Notes: generated from the letters alone by a model not told the origin. Numbered from the stretch's first letter, positions 20,837-32,743 are shown. The stretch is DNA of 64,000 bases from an uncultured Gemmatimonadaceae bacterium (GCA_963829055.1 CAWHHI010000019.1:1-64000); one strand, 5' to 3'. Program-made: numbers and translations.

Positions 20837-22171
20837 TTAGAACCCGCCAGTCGCCTGTCGACCGCGGAAGCGCACACGACCCTTCTTCATGAAGCCGTCG
20901 TACTTCCGGAGCAGCAGGTGTTGCTGCATCTGTGCCATCGTGTCGAGCGCGACACCGACGACGATCAGCAGCGACGTTCCACCGAAGCGGAACGGCACGT
21001 TGACGATGTCCGCGATCCAGACCGGCAGGAGCGCGATGGCCGTGAGGAAGATCGCGCCCGGCAGGGTGATGCGTGACAGCACGTAGTCGATGTATTCCGC
21101 CGTCTTCGCGCCCGGCTTCACGCCCGGAATGAACCCGCCCTGCTTCTTCAGGTTCTCCGCGAGGTCGATCGGGTTGAAAATGATCGACGTATAGAAGTAC
21201 GTGAAGAACACGATCAGGATCGCCGAGAGCAGGAAGTACCACACCGTGCCCGGCGCGAAGTACTGGGCGACGTCCTGCGCCCACTGCGCGCTCGAGAACT
21301 GCGCGAACGCTCCCGGAATCACGATCACCGACTGCGCGAAGATGATCGGCATGACGCCGGCCGAGTTGATCCGCAGCGGAATGAAGTTCTTGGCCGATTC
21401 TCGCATGCGACCTCGAGACATCGTCCGCTGGGGGATCTGGATCATGATGCGCCGCGCGGCGAGCGTGATGGCGACGACGCCGGCAACCACCGCGACCATC
21501 AGGATGCCTAACACGAACAGCGAGAACAACCCGATCGCGCCGGTGCTCACGAACCCGAACGTCGCGAAGATGCCCGGCCAGAAGCGCTCGACGATCGAGA
21601 AGAAGATCAGCAAGCTCGCGCCGTTGCCAAGACCGCGCTCCGTGATCTGCTCACCGAGCCACATCACGAAGATCGCGCCGGTCGTCAGGAACAGCACCAT
21701 CTGCACCTTGAACCCGAGTCCCGGCGTCGCGACGGCTCCCTGCAGGGACTCCGTGAACAGCGCAAAGCCCCAGGCCTGGAACACCGCGAGCGCGACGGTG
21801 ATGTAGCGCGTCCACTGCGTCAGCTTTTTCCGGCCTTCCTCATCCTTCTGCATCTTGTCGACCGTCGGGATCACTGCCCCCGCGATCTGCGCCAGAATGC
21901 TCGCCGAGATGTACGGCATGATGCCGAGCGCGAACACGGTCGCGCGCGACAGCCCACCGCCCACGAACAGGTTGTACAGGCCAAGCAGGCCCTGACTGTT
22001 GCCCTGGCTGTTGAAGAAGTCCGTCAGCGCGATGACATCGACGCCCGGCGCCGTGATGTGCGAGCCGACGCGATAGATCAGCAGGCACAGGAACGTGAAC
22101 TTGATCTTGTCCCACAGCTCTGGCGTCTTGTAAATGTTCGCCAGCGCCGCAGCGGGATTGGGTTGCGCCAT
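20837..22171 (-). CDS. secY: Preprotein translocase SecY
   Basis: FALGIMPYISASI, WLGEQITERGLGNGASL, GVMPIIFA, GGTSLLIVVGV. Confidence 0.98.
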   Translation of the reverse strand: MAQPNPAAALANIYKTPELWDKIKFTFLCLLIYRVGSHITAPGVDVIALTDFFNSQGNSQGLLGLYNLFVGGGLSRATVFALGIMPYISASILAQIAGAVIPTVDKMQKDEEGRKKLTQWTRYITVALAVFQAWGFALFTESLQGAVATPGLGFKVQMVLFLTTGAIFVMWLGEQITERGLGNGASLLIFFSIVERFWPGIFATFGFVSTGAIGLFSLFVLGILMVAVVAGVVAITLAARRIMIQIPQRTMSRGRMRESAKNFIPLRINSAGVMPIIFAQSVIVIPGAFAQFSSAQWAQDVAQYFAPGTVWYFLLSAILIVFFTYFYTSIIFNPIDLAENLKKQGGFIPGVKPGAKTAEYIDYVLSRITLPGAIFLTAIALLPVWIADIVNVPFRFGGTSLLIVVGVALDTMAQMQQHLLLRKYDGFMKKGRVRFRGRQATGGF

Positions 22172-22644
22172 TACTCCTCGATGCGGCCTCCGGCCGCGAC
22201 GATCTTCTCCCGAGCGCCAGCGCTGACCTTCAGGCCGCGCACGGTGACTGCGTGGGCGAGCTCGCCGTTCGCGAGCAGCTTCGCCGGCCCCTTCCGCGAG
22301 CGAATCACACCAGCTTCGACGAGCGAGTCGGGCGTGATCTCGGTACCCTCGGGAACCTTGCTCAGGTCCTCGAGCGACACCACCTGCGACTCTACCCGGA
22401 AGATGTTCGTGAATCCGCGCTTCGGAAGGCGTCGGGTCATCGGCATCTGGCCGCCTTCGAACTGCGGCTTGCCGCCGCCAGGGCCATGATGCCCGGCGCG
22501 CGCCTTGATGCCCTTGTGTCCCTTGCCGGACGTCTTACCCGTACCCGAGCCAGGACCGCGTCCGAGTCGCTTGCGATTGCGATGCGAACCCGGCGCCGGC
22601 GCGAGGTTGTGAAGACCGATTTTCTCGTTGTTGGCCACGTGCAA
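22171..22644 (-). CDS. rplO: 50S ribosomal protein L15
   Basis: [34 protein letters not shown]. Confidence 0.97.
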   Translation of the reverse strand: MHVANNEKIGLHNLAPAPGSHRNRKRLGRGPGSGTGKTSGKGHKGIKARAGHHGPGGGKPQFEGGQMPMTRRLPKRGFTNIFRVESQVVSLEDLSKVPEGTEITPDSLVEAGVIRSRKGPAKLLANGELAHAVTVRGLKVSAGAREKIVAAGGRIEE

Positions 22645-22899
22645 TTACTCCTCGACGGGCGTCACCTTGACCAGGTGACGCACCTTCTTGATCTGACCGC
22701 GCAGCGACGGCGAGTCCTGCACAGTGATGACGGCCTGATGGTGCCGAAGCCCCATCGCCACGAGCGTCTGCCGCATCGTCGCCGGGCGGCCAATGCCGCT
22801 CCGGACCTGCTCGATGCGCACCTTGCCCGAAGTCGCCGATTCTTCCTTCGGAGTGTGGCGCGGACCGCGCGTCCGCCACCAAACGAATGTCCTAGGCAT
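22645..22899 (-). CDS. rpmD: 50S ribosomal protein L30 with N-terminal extension
   Basis: [14 protein letters not shown]...[12 protein letters not shown]; position between rpsE and rplO. Confidence 0.92.
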   Translation of the reverse strand: MPRTFVWWRTRGPRHTPKEESATSGKVRIEQVRSGIGRPATMRQTLVAMGLRHHQAVITVQDSPSLRGQIKKVRHLVKVTPVEE

Positions 22900-23720
22900 G
22901 AGCGGCCTCCTTGCTCTTCGCGCGCGACCGATAGCCGATCGCCGAGGGCTCGACGCCGCGCTCACGCGCCGCCTGCTCCACCGTCGTTAGGCTCTGCAAC
23001 CCCTCCATCGCCGCCCGCACCATGTTGTGCGGATTCGTCGACCCGAGGCTCTTCGTGAGAATGTCCGAGATGCCGGCGCACTCCATGACCGCGCGCACCG
23101 CACCGCCGGCGATCACGCCGGCGCCAGGCGCCGCGGGCTTCATCAGCACGCGACCCGCGCCGTGCTCGCCGACGATCTCGTGCGGGATCGTTCCACCCGT
23201 GAGCGGAATGCTCACGAGCCGACGACGCGCCGCATCCACCGCCTTGCGAACGGCCTCTGACACTTCGTTGGCCTTGCCGGTCGCGAAGCCGACCTTCCCC
23301 TGCCCGTCGCCGACAGCCACGAGCGCGTTGAACGAGAAGCGCCGACCACCCTTCACGACCTTCGCGACGCGGTTGATCGCGATCACGTTCTCGACGAGCT
23401 CACTGCCCTCGCCGCGACCGCCATCGCCGCCCTGACCGCCACGACCACCGCGCTGGCCATCGCCACCGCCACGCCCGCCGCGCCCTTCACGCGAGTTCGG
23501 GTTGTCGCCGCCACGGCCACCTGGGCCGCCCGGTCCGCCGCGTCCGCCGGGGCCGCCGCCACGACCGCCCGGACCACCGCGTCCGCGACCGCCGCCGCCA
23601 CCGCCACCACCGCGCGCCGCCGCGGCCGCCACCACCACCGCCGCCGCTACGGCCGCCTGCGCCGCCGCCGAAGCCACTGCTGGCGCCGCCGGCTCCCGCG
23701 CCGCCCTGATTCTCTGCCAT
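22892..23720 (-). CDS. rpsE: 30S ribosomal protein S5 with a long Gly/RGG-rich N-terminus (apparent indel near 23615)
   Basis: [32 protein letters not shown]; start MAENQGG at 23720. Confidence 0.95.
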
Positions 23721-23722
23721 GG

Positions 23723-24079
23723 TCAGAACTCCAGCCCGCCTTCGCGGGCACCGTCGGCCACCGCTTTCACGCGGCCGTGATATCTGTAGCCAGCTCGATC
23801 GAATACGACCTGAGACACGCCTGCATCCTTCGCCTTCTGGGCGATCAGCTTACCGACCTCGGTCGACTTATCGCTCTTCTTGCCCGTCAGCTTGTGGTCG
23901 GACACCTGCGCCAGCGTGTGGCTCGTCGTGTCATCCACCAGCTGCGCATAGATGTGCTTGAGCGACCGGTACACCACGAGGCGCGGACGCTCCGCGGTTC
24001 CAGAGACGCGCTTCCGCACGCGCAGATGGCGGCGAGCACGCAGCTCGTGACGACCCTTCGGCCTGCGAACCTTGCTCAT
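23723..24079 (-). CDS. rplR: 50S ribosomal protein L18
   Basis: [23 protein letters not shown]. Confidence 0.97.
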   Translation of the reverse strand: MSKVRRPKGRHELRARRHLRVRKRVSGTAERPRLVVYRSLKHIYAQLVDDTTSHTLAQVSDHKLTGKKSDKSTEVGKLIAQKAKDAGVSQVVFDRAGYRYHGRVKAVADGAREGGLEF

Positions 24080-24618
24080 TACTTACCTCCCGCCTTGCCC
24101 GCCTTCCGGCGGACCTGCTCGCCCTGGTATTTCACGCCCTTCCCCTTGTACGGTTCCGGCTTGCGCAGCAGGCGGATCTCCGCCGCCACCTGACCGACCT
24201 TCTCCTTGTCGGATCCTTCGATCACCACCACCGTGGGCTGCGGCGCCGTCAGCTTGATGCCCGCGGGCGCGCGATACTCCACCGGGTGCGAATACCCGAG
24301 CGCGAGCTGCAACCCGAACGGCTTCACCTCGGCCTTGTAGCCGACGCCCGTGATCTCGAGCTGCTTCTTGTAGCCGTTCGTCACGCCCTCGACCATGTTG
24401 GCGATGAGCGATCGCGTGAGGCCGTGCAGCGCCCGGTGATTCTGCTCCTCGGACGGCCGGTTCACGTTCACCACTCCGTTCTCGACCGCCACCAGCATGT
24501 CGGGATGGAGCTTCCGTGACAGCTCGCCCTTCGGACCCTTCACCGTGATCGCGTTGCCCTGGACGGTCACCGTCACGCCGTTAGGCACCGGGACCGGACG
24601 TTTTCCGATACGAGACAT
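24079..24618 (-). CDS. rplF: 50S ribosomal protein L6
   Basis: [23 protein letters not shown]. Confidence 0.97.
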   Translation of the reverse strand: MSRIGKRPVPVPNGVTVTVQGNAITVKGPKGELSRKLHPDMLVAVENGVVNVNRPSEEQNHRALHGLTRSLIANMVEGVTNGYKKQLEITGVGYKAEVKPFGLQLALGYSHPVEYRAPAGIKLTAPQPTVVVIEGSDKEKVGQVAAEIRLLRKPEPYKGKGVKYQGEQVRRKAGKAGGK

Positions 24619-24631
24619 AGTGTTGGGCTCC

Positions 24632-25033
24632 TTACCAGACGAGGGCGAGGAGCTCGCCGCCGGTGTTGGCGCGACGCGCCTGCGCATCCGACATCAGGCC
24701 GCGCGACGTGCTCACGATGGCCATGCCGAGTCCGTTGCGAACGCGGGGAATGTCACCCACGCCGACGTACTTCCGGAGCCCCGGGCTCGATACCCGCTTG
24801 AGCTCGCGAATCACGGGCTGGCCGCCCTGAGCGTACTTCAGGATGACGCGCAGCACCGGCCGGCCATTGTCCATCTCGATGACCCGGTAGTCGGTGATGA
24901 AGTTGTTCTCCTTCAGGATCCGCGCGATCTCTCGCTTCACCTTCGATACCGGCATGTCCACGCGGCAATGCTTCGACCCGCAAGCGTTGCGGATCCGCGT
25001 GAGCATATCGGCGATCGGATCGGTCATGCTCAT
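24632..25033 (-). CDS. rpsH: 30S ribosomal protein S8
   Basis: MTDPIADMLTRIRN, SSPGLRKY, GGELLALVW. Confidence 0.97.
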   Translation of the reverse strand: MSMTDPIADMLTRIRNACGSKHCRVDMPVSKVKREIARILKENNFITDYRVIEMDNGRPVLRVILKYAQGGQPVIRELKRVSSPGLRKYVGVGDIPRVRNGLGMAIVSTSRGLMSDAQARRANTGGELLALVW

Positions 25034-25213
25034 GTCGTAAGTCCCTTTTCCCTATCGTATCCCGCACCGCGCAACCGGCCGCGCGAGACGTGTAGGAACG
25101 TGAGTGAATCGTTGCGAGCCACCGCCACGTGCGGTGGCTCGCGTTTCTGAACCGTTGGTCGTGCTGTCCCAGCGCCGCCTGACGAAGCCAGACGGTACCC
25201 GCGCCTACCTGCG

Positions 25214-25399
25214 TTACCAGCTCGCCTTCCGCACACCGGGGATCATCCCGTTGAGCGAAAGATCGCGGAAGCAGATGCGGCAGAGCCCGAACTTCCTGAG
25301 AAATGCGCGCGAACGCCCGCATCGGCCGCAGCGGTTGTGCTGCCGCACCTGGAACTTCGGCTTGCGCTTGGACTTCTCCACCATTGCCTTGCGGGCCAT
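25214..25399 (-). CDS. rpsN: 30S ribosomal protein S14, zinc-binding (type Z)
   Basis: 61 aa, CGRC...[12 protein letters not shown]. Confidence 0.97.
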   Translation of the reverse strand: MARKAMVEKSKRKPKFQVRQHNRCGRCGRSRAFLRKFGLCRICFRDLSLNGMIPGVRKASW

Positions 25400-25422
25400 A
25401 CAAAAACACTCCGTGTTTTTGA

Positions 25423-25530
25423 GCTATCAGCCAACAGCCATCAGCCATCAGCTACTTCAAGTTCACTAGTTGCGAGCTTCTCAGCGGCACGCCGTCAGCT
25501 AATGGCTGATGGCCGATGGCTGATGGCTCG
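25423..25530. repeat. Inverted heptamer array (CAGCCAT)n / (ATGGCTG)n
   Basis: agctatcagccaacagccatcagccatcagct ... agctaatggctgatggccgatggctgatggct between rplE and rpsN. Confidence 0.8.
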
Positions 25531-25542
25531 TTGTGAATCCCG

Positions 25543-26214
25543 TCAGGGATTCACGACGATCGGCTTGTCATCACCCCGGAACGGCATCCCAAGCTCGCGC
25601 AGCAGCGCGTAGGCCTGGTCATCCCGCTCCGTCGTCGTGACGAACGTGACGTCCATCCCGTGGATCGCATCGATCATGTCGTAGTTGATCTCGGGAAAGA
25701 TCATCTGCTCCTTCACGCCGAGGGAGTAATTCCCACGACCATCGAACGAGCGCGTGCTGAGTCCGCGGAAGTCGCGGATACGCGGCACCGCCGTGCTGAT
25801 GAATCGGTCGAGGAACTCCCACATTCGCGCGCCGCGCAGCGTCACCGCCGCGCCGATCTCCTGACCCTCGCGCAGCGCGAAGTTGGCGATCGACTTCTTC
25901 GCCTTCTTCCGCACCGGCCGCTGCCCCGTGATCACGCCGAGCTCCTCGACCACCTTGTCGAGCAACTTCGGCTGCTTGATCGCTTCGCCGAGGCCGACGT
26001 TGATCACGATCTTCTCGAGGCCGGGAATCTGATGCGGGTTCTTGAGCTCGAACTGCTTCGCCAGCCGCTCGCGAACGGTGTTCTGGTAATAGCCGCGCAG
26101 ACGCGGTGCCGGTGCAGGCGTGCCGACGCCCGTGTGAGCAACCTTCGGCTGCTCACTCTTCCGGTCGCCGCCACCCTTGCCCTTCTTTTTCGGTTCCTTG
26201 TCCTTCGTTGCCAT
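25543..26214 (-). CDS. rplE: 50S ribosomal protein L5 with a basic N-terminal extension
   Basis: KIVINVG, ITGQRP, PRIRDFRG, FDGRGNY, IFPEI. Confidence 0.97.
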   Translation of the reverse strand: MATKDKEPKKKGKGGGDRKSEQPKVAHTGVGTPAPAPRLRGYYQNTVRERLAKQFELKNPHQIPGLEKIVINVGLGEAIKQPKLLDKVVEELGVITGQRPVRKKAKKSIANFALREGQEIGAAVTLRGARMWEFLDRFISTAVPRIRDFRGLSTRSFDGRGNYSLGVKEQMIFPEINYDMIDAIHGMDVTFVTTTERDDQAYALLRELGMPFRGDDKPIVVNP

Positions 26215-26257
26215 GGTCAAAACTCGGTGTGAGGTGCGACGCGCGAGCTAACGGGCG

Positions 26258-26662
26258 CTAGCGCGAGCGCGGAATCGCCTCACCGCTCTTCGCGGCGAGC
26301 CGTTCCTTCGTGCCATCCTCGTCGATGCGAGCCTTCACCCGCGTCGGCGCTCCCGATTTCGGATCGAGCAGCATCACGTTGGAGTGATGGATCGGCGCCG
26401 GCATCTCGATGATGCCGCTCTGCTCCTCGGCACGTCGCGCCTTGCGGTGCTTCTTCACGATGTTGATCCCCTCGACCGTGATCCGACCGGTCTTGGTATA
26501 CACACGCAGGATCTTGCCTTCCTTCCCCTTGTCCTCGCCGCGCATGACACGAACCGTGTCGCCACGCGTGACGGGCATCTTGACGCGCTCGACCTTGATC
26601 TGGTGGCGCTTCGAGTTTTTCGGGTTCGGCCGATCCGTCTTGCGGTATTTCAGAATACGCAT
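26258..26662 (-). CDS. rplX: 50S ribosomal protein L24 with N-terminal extension
   Basis: [34 protein letters not shown]. Confidence 0.96.
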   Translation of the reverse strand: MRILKYRKTDRPNPKNSKRHQIKVERVKMPVTRGDTVRVMRGEDKGKEGKILRVYTKTGRITVEGINIVKKHRKARRAEEQSGIIEMPAPIHHSNVMLLDPKSGAPTRVKARIDEDGTKERLAAKSGEAIPRSR

Positions 26663-26663
26663 G

Positions 26664-27032
26664 TCAGATGACCTCCGGCGCCAGCGAAACGATCTTCATG
26701 TACTTCTTGTCGCGGAGCTCGCGGGCCACCGGACCGAAGATGCGCGTGGCGCGCGGCTCGCCCTGGTCGTTGATGATCACGACGGCATTCTCGTCGAAGC
26801 GGATGTAGCTGCCATCCTTCCGGCGCGTCTCCTTCACCGTGCGCACCACCACCGCGCGAGCGACCTCGGACTTCTTCACCGTACCGTTAGGCAGCGCGTC
26901 CTTGACCGCGACGATCACGAGATCACCGAGGCCGGCATAGCGCCGCCGCGTTCCGCCAAGCACACGGATCACGAGCGCGCGTTTGGCGCCCGAATTGTCC
27001 GCCACCTTGACGATGGATTCCTGTTGAATCAT
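26664..27032 (-). CDS. rplN: 50S ribosomal protein L14
   Basis: MIQQES...[19 protein letters not shown]. Confidence 0.98.
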   Translation of the reverse strand: MIQQESIVKVADNSGAKRALVIRVLGGTRRRYAGLGDLVIVAVKDALPNGTVKKSEVARAVVVRTVKETRRKDGSYIRFDENAVVIINDQGEPRATRIFGPVARELRDKKYMKIVSLAPEVI

Positions 27033-27044
27033 GGGAGCTCCCTC

Positions 27045-27350
27045 TTAGCGTGCGCGCTCGACGATCTCGACCACGCGCCACCGCTTGTCCTTCGACAGCG
27101 GGCGGGTCTCCATGATGCGCACAGTGTCCCCGGTCTTGGCCGAGTTCTCCTCGTCGTGCGCTTTCACCCGCTTCGTGCGGGTGACCATCTTCCCGTAGAC
27201 CGGATGCGGCACGCGGCGTTCGATCGCCACGACCACGGTCTTCTGCATCTTGTCGCTCACCACGATCCCCGTGCGCGCCTTGCGCGCATTCCGCGCGTCG
27301 CGCGCGTCCGTGGACGTGTCTGCCTGCTGGTTCGTCGTCATGTCAGCCAT
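27045..27350 (-). CDS. rpsQ: 30S ribosomal protein S17
   Basis: [22 protein letters not shown]. Confidence 0.97.
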   Translation of the reverse strand: MADMTTNQQADTSTDARDARNARKARTGIVVSDKMQKTVVVAIERRVPHPVYGKMVTRTKRVKAHDEENSAKTGDTVRIMETRPLSKDKRWRVVEIVERAR

Positions 27351-27378
27351 GGTTGCTCTTGGGCGTGGTCAGTGCCGC

Positions 27379-27610
27379 CTAACGGCGCGCGCGCGGACGC
27401 TTGCTGGTCCGGCGCGTCGTCGTCTCCGACGCCGCCAGTTCCCGCTCACGCTGTATCGTCTTGAGGCGCGCGATGTCGCGGCGGATCGTGCGCAGGCGCA
27501 ACGGATCCTCCAGCGTCTCGGTTGCCGAGCGGAACTTGAGGCGGAAGCGCTCCTCTTCCATCTCGCCGATCCGGGTGCGGATGTCCGCGTCGGATAGCTC
27601 GCGAATCTCC

Positions 27611-27621
<11 letters not shown>
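27379..27621 (-). CDS. rpmC: 50S ribosomal protein L29
   Basis: [10 protein letters not shown]...RRDIARLKT; position after rplP. Confidence 0.94.
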
Positions 27622-28039
<418 letters not shown>

Positions 28040-28051
28040 CGTTCGCTCTCC

Positions 28052-28711
28052 TTAGACGCCGGTCGAGTAAGTCTTGCCGCGACGATCTTCCACGATCTCG
28101 CCCTTGAAGATCCAGACCTTCACACCGATGGTGCCGAAGGTGGTCTTCGCGGTCGACGTCGCGTAATCGATGTCGGCGCGCAGCGTGTGCAACGGTACCC
28201 GACCCTCGTGGTAGCCTTCGACACGCGCGATCTCGGCGCCGCCCAGTCGGCCACCCGCCTTCACCTTGATGCCCTGCGCGCCCATCCGCATCGCGCTCTG
28301 CACCGCGCGCTTCATGGCGCGACGGAACGAGATACGCTGCGAGAGCTGGTTCGCGATGTTGTCGGCGACGAGCTGCGAGTCGAGCTCGGGACGCTTGATC
28401 TCCTCGACGTTGATGCCGACTTCCTTCCCGGTGAGCTGTGCGAGCTCGTCGCGAAGCTTGTCGACCTCAGCGCCCTTCTTCCCGATGACGACGCCCGGCC
28501 GGCCGGTGTGGATCGTAACCACCACCTTGCCTGGCTTGCGCTCGATCGTGATGTCGGAGATCGCCGCGTGACCCAGCCGCGCCTTGAGATACTTCCGCAG
28601 CAGCTCGTCTTCACGGAGAAGCGCCGGGAAGTCACGGTTGGCGTACCAGCGCGACCGCCACTGCTTCGAGATGCCGAGGCGGAATCCGATTGGATTGACC
28701 TTTTGTCCCAT
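28052..28711 (-). CDS. rpsC: 30S ribosomal protein S3
   Basis: [27 protein letters not shown]. Confidence 0.98.
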   Translation of the reverse strand: MGQKVNPIGFRLGISKQWRSRWYANRDFPALLREDELLRKYLKARLGHAAISDITIERKPGKVVVTIHTGRPGVVIGKKGAEVDKLRDELAQLTGKEVGINVEEIKRPELDSQLVADNIANQLSQRISFRRAMKRAVQSAMRMGAQGIKVKAGGRLGGAEIARVEGYHEGRVPLHTLRADIDYATSTAKTTFGTIGVKVWIFKGEIVEDRRGKTYSTGV

Positions 28712-29076
28712 TAGCGTCCCCCTCCTTCCTTCTCCGCGACGATGATCTCGACGTGGCTGGTGCGTTTCTGAATCGGCGTCGCACGCCCCATCGCCGCCGG
28801 CATGAACCGCTTGAGCTTCGGTCCTTCGTTGATGATCGCGTGCTTGACGTAGAGCTGATCGACATCGATCGACTCGTTCGCCTCACGCGCCCTGAACTCC
28901 GCATTCGCGATGGCCGAGCTGAGCGTCTTCGCGATCTGCACGGCAGCGTGCTTCTTCGAAAACTTGAGCAGCGCGAGCGCCTCGTTCACGTCCATACCGC
29001 GGATCTGGTCAATGACCAGTCGCATCTTGTAGGGCGACTGGCGCGTCGAGCGCTGGAATGCCCGTGCTTCAGCCAT
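28711..29076 (-). CDS. rplV: 50S ribosomal protein L22
   Basis: [27 protein letters not shown]. Confidence 0.97.
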   Translation of the reverse strand: MAEARAFQRSTRQSPYKMRLVIDQIRGMDVNEALALLKFSKKHAAVQIAKTLSSAIANAEFRAREANESIDVDQLYVKHAIINEGPKLKRFMPAAMGRATPIQKRTSHVEIIVAEKEGGGR

Positions 29077-29079
29077 GGG

Positions 29080-29406
29080 TTACTTCCCTCCCCGTTGTCC
29101 GCCACCAGCCGGTGACGGCGACAGCGATGCCTTCTTGTCGGTCGCCTTGTTCCCCGTGTGACCGCGGAACAGCCGCGTCGGCGCGAACTCACCGAGCTTG
29201 TGGCCGACCATGTTCTCCGTCACGTACACGGGGATGAACTTGTTCCCGTTATGCACGGCGAACGTGTGCCCGACGAAATCGGGGATGACCGTGCTCGCGC
29301 GGGACCACGTCTTCACGACGCGCTTCTCGTTGCGGCCGTTCATGGCCGCAACGCGCTTCGTCAAACTCTCGTGGACGTATGCGCCCTTCTTTACAGATCT
29401 AGCCAT
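29080..29406 (-). CDS. rpsS: 30S ribosomal protein S19
   Basis: [21 protein letters not shown]. Confidence 0.98.
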   Translation of the reverse strand: MARSVKKGAYVHESLTKRVAAMNGRNEKRVVKTWSRASTVIPDFVGHTFAVHNGNKFIPVYVTENMVGHKLGEFAPTRLFRGHTGNKATDKKASLSPSPAGGGQRGGK

Positions 29407-29458
29407 AGGACAGGTGTGTTGTTGAAGCTCTCAGCGAACGGCGAATGCCGGATGTCAG

Positions 29459-30298
29459 CTAGTGCCCGGATTGAGTCGCTTTGCCGCGTTTCCGCCCGCG
29501 CACGATGAGCCGTTGCGATGGCTTCTTCTTGTTGCGGGTCTTCACGCCTTCCTTCTTGCCCCACGGACTCACCACGTTGCGTCCACCACGTGTGCGGCCG
29601 CCGTGCGGGTGATCGACCGGGTTCATGACCTCGCCGCGCACCTTCGGACGACGCCCCTTCCAGCGCGTCTTGCCCGCCTTGCCCCACGAGAGCAGCTCGT
29701 GCTCGGCGTTGCCGACCTCGCCAATCGTCGCGAGGCAGTTGCCGTGCACTCGGCGCGTCTCGGTGGACGCCATGCGCAGCGTCACGTACTCGCCTTCCTT
29801 CGCCAGGATCTCGAGCGACACGCCCGCGGACCGCGCCATCTGGCCGCCGCGACCGGGCACGAGCTCCACGTTATGCACGCTCGTGCCTAACGGGATCTCA
29901 CGCAACGGCAGCGCGTTGCCCGTGCGGATGTCCGAGCCCTTGCCCGACACGACGGTGTCGCCGACGGCGAGACCCTTCGCGTGGAGAATGTAGCGCAGCT
30001 CGCCGTCCTCGTACTGCACGAGGGCGATGCGCGCCGAGCGATTCGGATCGTACTCGATCTCCTTCACGACCGCCGGCATGCCGAAGCGGTTCCGCTTGAA
30101 GTCGATGATCCGGTACTTCCGCTTGTGACCACCGCCACGCCGACGCATGGAGATGTGACCGTGATTGTCGCGACCGCCCGACTTGGTCAGCGGCTCGGTC
30201 AGCGACTTCTCCGGCGTCGAGCGCGTGATCTCCGAAAAGTCCGAGACCGAGCGGAATCGAGTTCCCTTGGTCACCGGCTTGAATTGACGAATGCCCAT
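29459..30298 (-). CDS. rplB: 50S ribosomal protein L2
   Basis: [27 protein letters not shown]. Confidence 0.98.
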   Translation of the reverse strand: MGIRQFKPVTKGTRFRSVSDFSEITRSTPEKSLTEPLTKSGGRDNHGHISMRRRGGGHKRKYRIIDFKRNRFGMPAVVKEIEYDPNRSARIALVQYEDGELRYILHAKGLAVGDTVVSGKGSDIRTGNALPLREIPLGTSVHNVELVPGRGGQMARSAGVSLEILAKEGEYVTLRMASTETRRVHGNCLATIGEVGNAEHELLSWGKAGKTRWKGRRPKVRGEVMNPVDHPHGGRTRGGRNVVSPWGKKEGVKTRNKKKPSQRLIVRGRKRGKATQSGH

Positions 30299-30302
30299 GC
30301 GC

Positions 30303-30593
30303 TCAGCCCTCGAAGATGCCTTCGATCGTGTCGCCCTCTTGGAGCGTCACAATCGCTTTCTTCCAGTTCGGACGGCGGCCAGCCGACTTGCCAACGCGAC
30401 GCAACTTGCCGCGCTGGTTCGACGTCCAGACTCCGGTGACCTTCACCCCGAACAACTGCTCGATCGCCTGGCGGATTGCCGGCTTCGACGCGTCTGGCGC
30501 AACCTCGAACACGTACTCACCCCGGTCCTGGCGGGCGATGGACGTCTTCTCGGTCACGATCGGACGGACGACGGTGCGATGCAGAGTGGCCAT
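30303..30593 (-). CDS. rplW: 50S ribosomal protein L23
   Basis: [20 protein letters not shown]. Confidence 0.97.
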   Translation of the reverse strand: MATLHRTVVRPIVTEKTSIARQDRGEYVFEVAPDASKPAIRQAIEQLFGVKVTGVWTSNQRGKLRRVGKSAGRRPNWKKAIVTLQEGDTIEGIFEG

Positions 30594-30596
30594 GAC

Positions 30597-31502
30597 TTAT
30601 GTGTCCTTCTTCTTGGGCGCGGCTTTCTTCGCCGCGCGCTTCGTTCCGGCGGCCTTCTTTGCGGCCGCCTTCTTCGCCGGTGCCTTCACGCTGTCGGCCT
30701 TGGCCGCTTTCTTCGCGGCCTTCTTCGCAGCGGACTTCTTCGCGACCGGCGCCTTGGCGGCGCTCTTCCTGGCCGTCGGGTTCTTCGCCGCCGCCGTCCG
30801 ACCACTCACCGCCGCCGTCGAGGCAGGCGTTCCGCGGCGTGGCGGCAGCGCGATCGGCTCTTCCTTGATCGGCGACAGTGTGTGGCCGATAGCCGAGCCC
30901 TCGATCAGCACGACGTCCGACCACAGCAGGTGATACGTGGACACGTCGCTGTACGGCATGACGTGCACGTTAGGCAGGTTGCGGCCGCTCAGGAACACGT
31001 TCGGCTTCACGCCGTCCGTGAGGATGAGCACCTTCTGCTCGCCGATGCCCATCTTGCCGACGAGGCCCAGCATTGCCTTCGTACGCGGCGCGTCGTAGTT
31101 GAACTGGTCGATCACGTAGATCGCGTTCTCGCGCGCGCGCGCGTTGAACGCGCTCTTGCGGGCGAGCGCACGCACCTGACGCGGCACGTACTCGTCGTAC
31201 GCGCGCGGCTGCGGACCGAACACGGTGCCGCCGCCGACCCAGTGCGGCGCTCGCGTCGAACCCTGTCGTGCGCGACCGGTTCCCTTCTGCTTCCACGGCT
31301 TCTGATTACCGCCGACCACCAGGCCGCGCGTCTTCGTGGAGGCATTGCCCTGGCGCTGATTGGCGAGGAACGCCTTCACCGCCTGGTGCATCACGGGCAT
31401 GTTCACCGTGCCGTCGAACAGCGCCTCGGGCAGACGCACGCGCTCACGCGCCGTCCCCTGAGCCGTGTACGCCGCGGCCTCGAATGTCGTCGTCTCTTCC
31501 AT
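30597..31502 (-). CDS. rplD: 50S ribosomal protein L4 with a histone H1-like Lys/Ala-rich C-terminal tail
   Basis: [23 protein letters not shown]; tail of AAKK/PAKK repeats. Confidence 0.96.
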   Translation of the reverse strand: MEETTTFEAAAYTAQGTARERVRLPEALFDGTVNMPVMHQAVKAFLANQRQGNASTKTRGLVVGGNQKPWKQKGTGRARQGSTRAPHWVGGGTVFGPQPRAYDEYVPRQVRALARKSAFNARARENAIYVIDQFNYDAPRTKAMLGLVGKMGIGEQKVLILTDGVKPNVFLSGRNLPNVHVMPYSDVSTYHLLWSDVVLIEGSAIGHTLSPIKEEPIALPPRRGTPASTAAVSGRTAAAKNPTARKSAAKAPVAKKSAAKKAAKKAAKADSVKAPAKKAAAKKAAGTKRAAKKAAPKKKDT

Positions 31503-31515
31503 GTCGTCTCGAGCC

Positions 31516-32199
31516 TCAGCGCTGCTTGCGGATGAGCACGATCCCGTTCGTCGGACCGGCGATCGACCCGCGGATGTAGATCAGATTGCGCTCGGTATCG
31601 ATTCTCTCGATCCGAAGGTGCGTCTGCGTGTGCCGTTTGTTGCCGTACTGCCCCGGCATCGCCTTGCCCTTGATGACGCGGGACGGATCAGTCCCAGGTC
31701 CGATGGAGCCCGGACGGCGGTGCTTCGTGTTGCCGTGCGTGTTCGGTCCACCACCGGCCTTGTGGCGCTTCACGATGCCCTGGAAGCCCCGTCCCTTCGA
31801 CGTGCCGGTGACCTTCACCTCGTCGCCGACCGCGAAGACGTTCACGTTGATGGAGTCGCCGACCTTGTACGCCGGGATCTCCGGATTCTTGCCAGGCGCA
31901 TCGTCCAGTCGGAACGAGCGCAGCACGCGCGGGGCGAACTCGAGGCCCGCCTTCTTCGCATGACCGAGCTCGGCGAGGTTCGCGCGACGTCCGCGCGGCG
32001 TCCGCTCGCCTTTCTTCGATTCACGCGCGTTGCGCTGCTGTCCGTAGCCGAGTTCGACCGCCGCAAATCCGGCGACCGCCTTGTCCGTGACCTTGACCAC
32101 GGGATTGGGCGGCGCCTCCACAACGGTCACGGGAATCTGCTCCCCGCGATCGTTGAACACCTGCGTCATACCGATCTTCTTGCCGATGATGCCGATCAT
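31516..32199 (-). CDS. rplC: 50S ribosomal protein L3
   Basis: GIIGKKIGMTQVF, GTSKGRGFQG, RRPGSIG. Confidence 0.97.
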   Translation of the reverse strand: MIGIIGKKIGMTQVFNDRGEQIPVTVVEAPPNPVVKVTDKAVAGFAAVELGYGQQRNARESKKGERTPRGRRANLAELGHAKKAGLEFAPRVLRSFRLDDAPGKNPEIPAYKVGDSINVNVFAVGDEVKVTGTSKGRGFQGIVKRHKAGGGPNTHGNTKHRRPGSIGPGTDPSRVIKGKAMPGQYGNKRHTQTHLRIERIDTERNLIYIRGSIAGPTNGIVLIRKQR

Positions 32200-32271
32200 G
32201 ATTGTTCCTCTAAGTAGTCGCAGCCTGGACAGCGCCGTTAGGCACCCAGATCCATCGCGGCCGTAGGACCG

Positions 32272-32341
32272 TGGGAGTGGGGACTCGGGAGCTGGGGACC
32301 CGTGATAATGCCGAGTCCCCAATCCGCAGTCCCTAGTCCCT
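32272..32341. repeat. Degenerate inverted heptamer array (GGGGACT-like / AGTCCCC-like)
   Basis: gggagtggggactcgggagctggggacc ... gagtccccaatccgcagtccctagtccc between rpsJ and rplC. Confidence 0.7.
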
Positions 32342-32343
32342 CT

Positions 32344-32652
32344 TCATTCCACTTTGATCTCGACGTCGACGCCCGCCGGTAAATCCAGCTTCGTCAACGC
32401 GTCGACCGTCTGCGCGCGCGAATCGAGAATGTCGATCACTCGCTTGTGCGTCTTGAGCTCGAACTGCTCCCGCGACTTCTTGTCGACGTGCGGAGAGCGA
32501 AGCACCGTCCACCGCTGCGTCTTCGTGGGCAGCGGAATCGGCCCCGACACCTGAGCGCCCGTCTTCTCCGCCGTCCGCACGATGTCCGCGGACGCCTGGT
32601 CGATGACGGCGTGGTCGAACGCCTTGAGACGGATTCGAATTCGTCCAGCCAT
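32344..32652 (-). CDS. rpsJ: 30S ribosomal protein S10
   Basis: [31 protein letters not shown]. Confidence 0.98.
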   Translation of the reverse strand: MAGRIRIRLKAFDHAVIDQASADIVRTAEKTGAQVSGPIPLPTKTQRWTVLRSPHVDKKSREQFELKTHKRVIDILDSRAQTVDALTKLDLPAGVDVEIKVE

Positions 32653-32657
32653 GTTCG

Positions 32658-32743
32658 TTAGGGACTGAGGGACTGGGGATAGGGAATGGGAACCGGGATC
32701 TCGGAATCGCGATCGAGTCCCGAGTCCCCAGTCCCTAGTCCCT
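32658..32743. repeat. Degenerate inverted heptamer array (AGGGACT / AGTCCC[CT])
   Basis: tagggactgagggactggggatagggaatgggaaccggg ... gagtcccgagtccccagtccctagtccc between tuf and rpsJ. Confidence 0.75.

Noticed and set aside
25113..25143. Strong hairpin in the rpsN-rpsH spacer as an S8 operator
   Set aside because: The stem is real, but I cannot see the S8-binding internal-loop signature, so no call is made.
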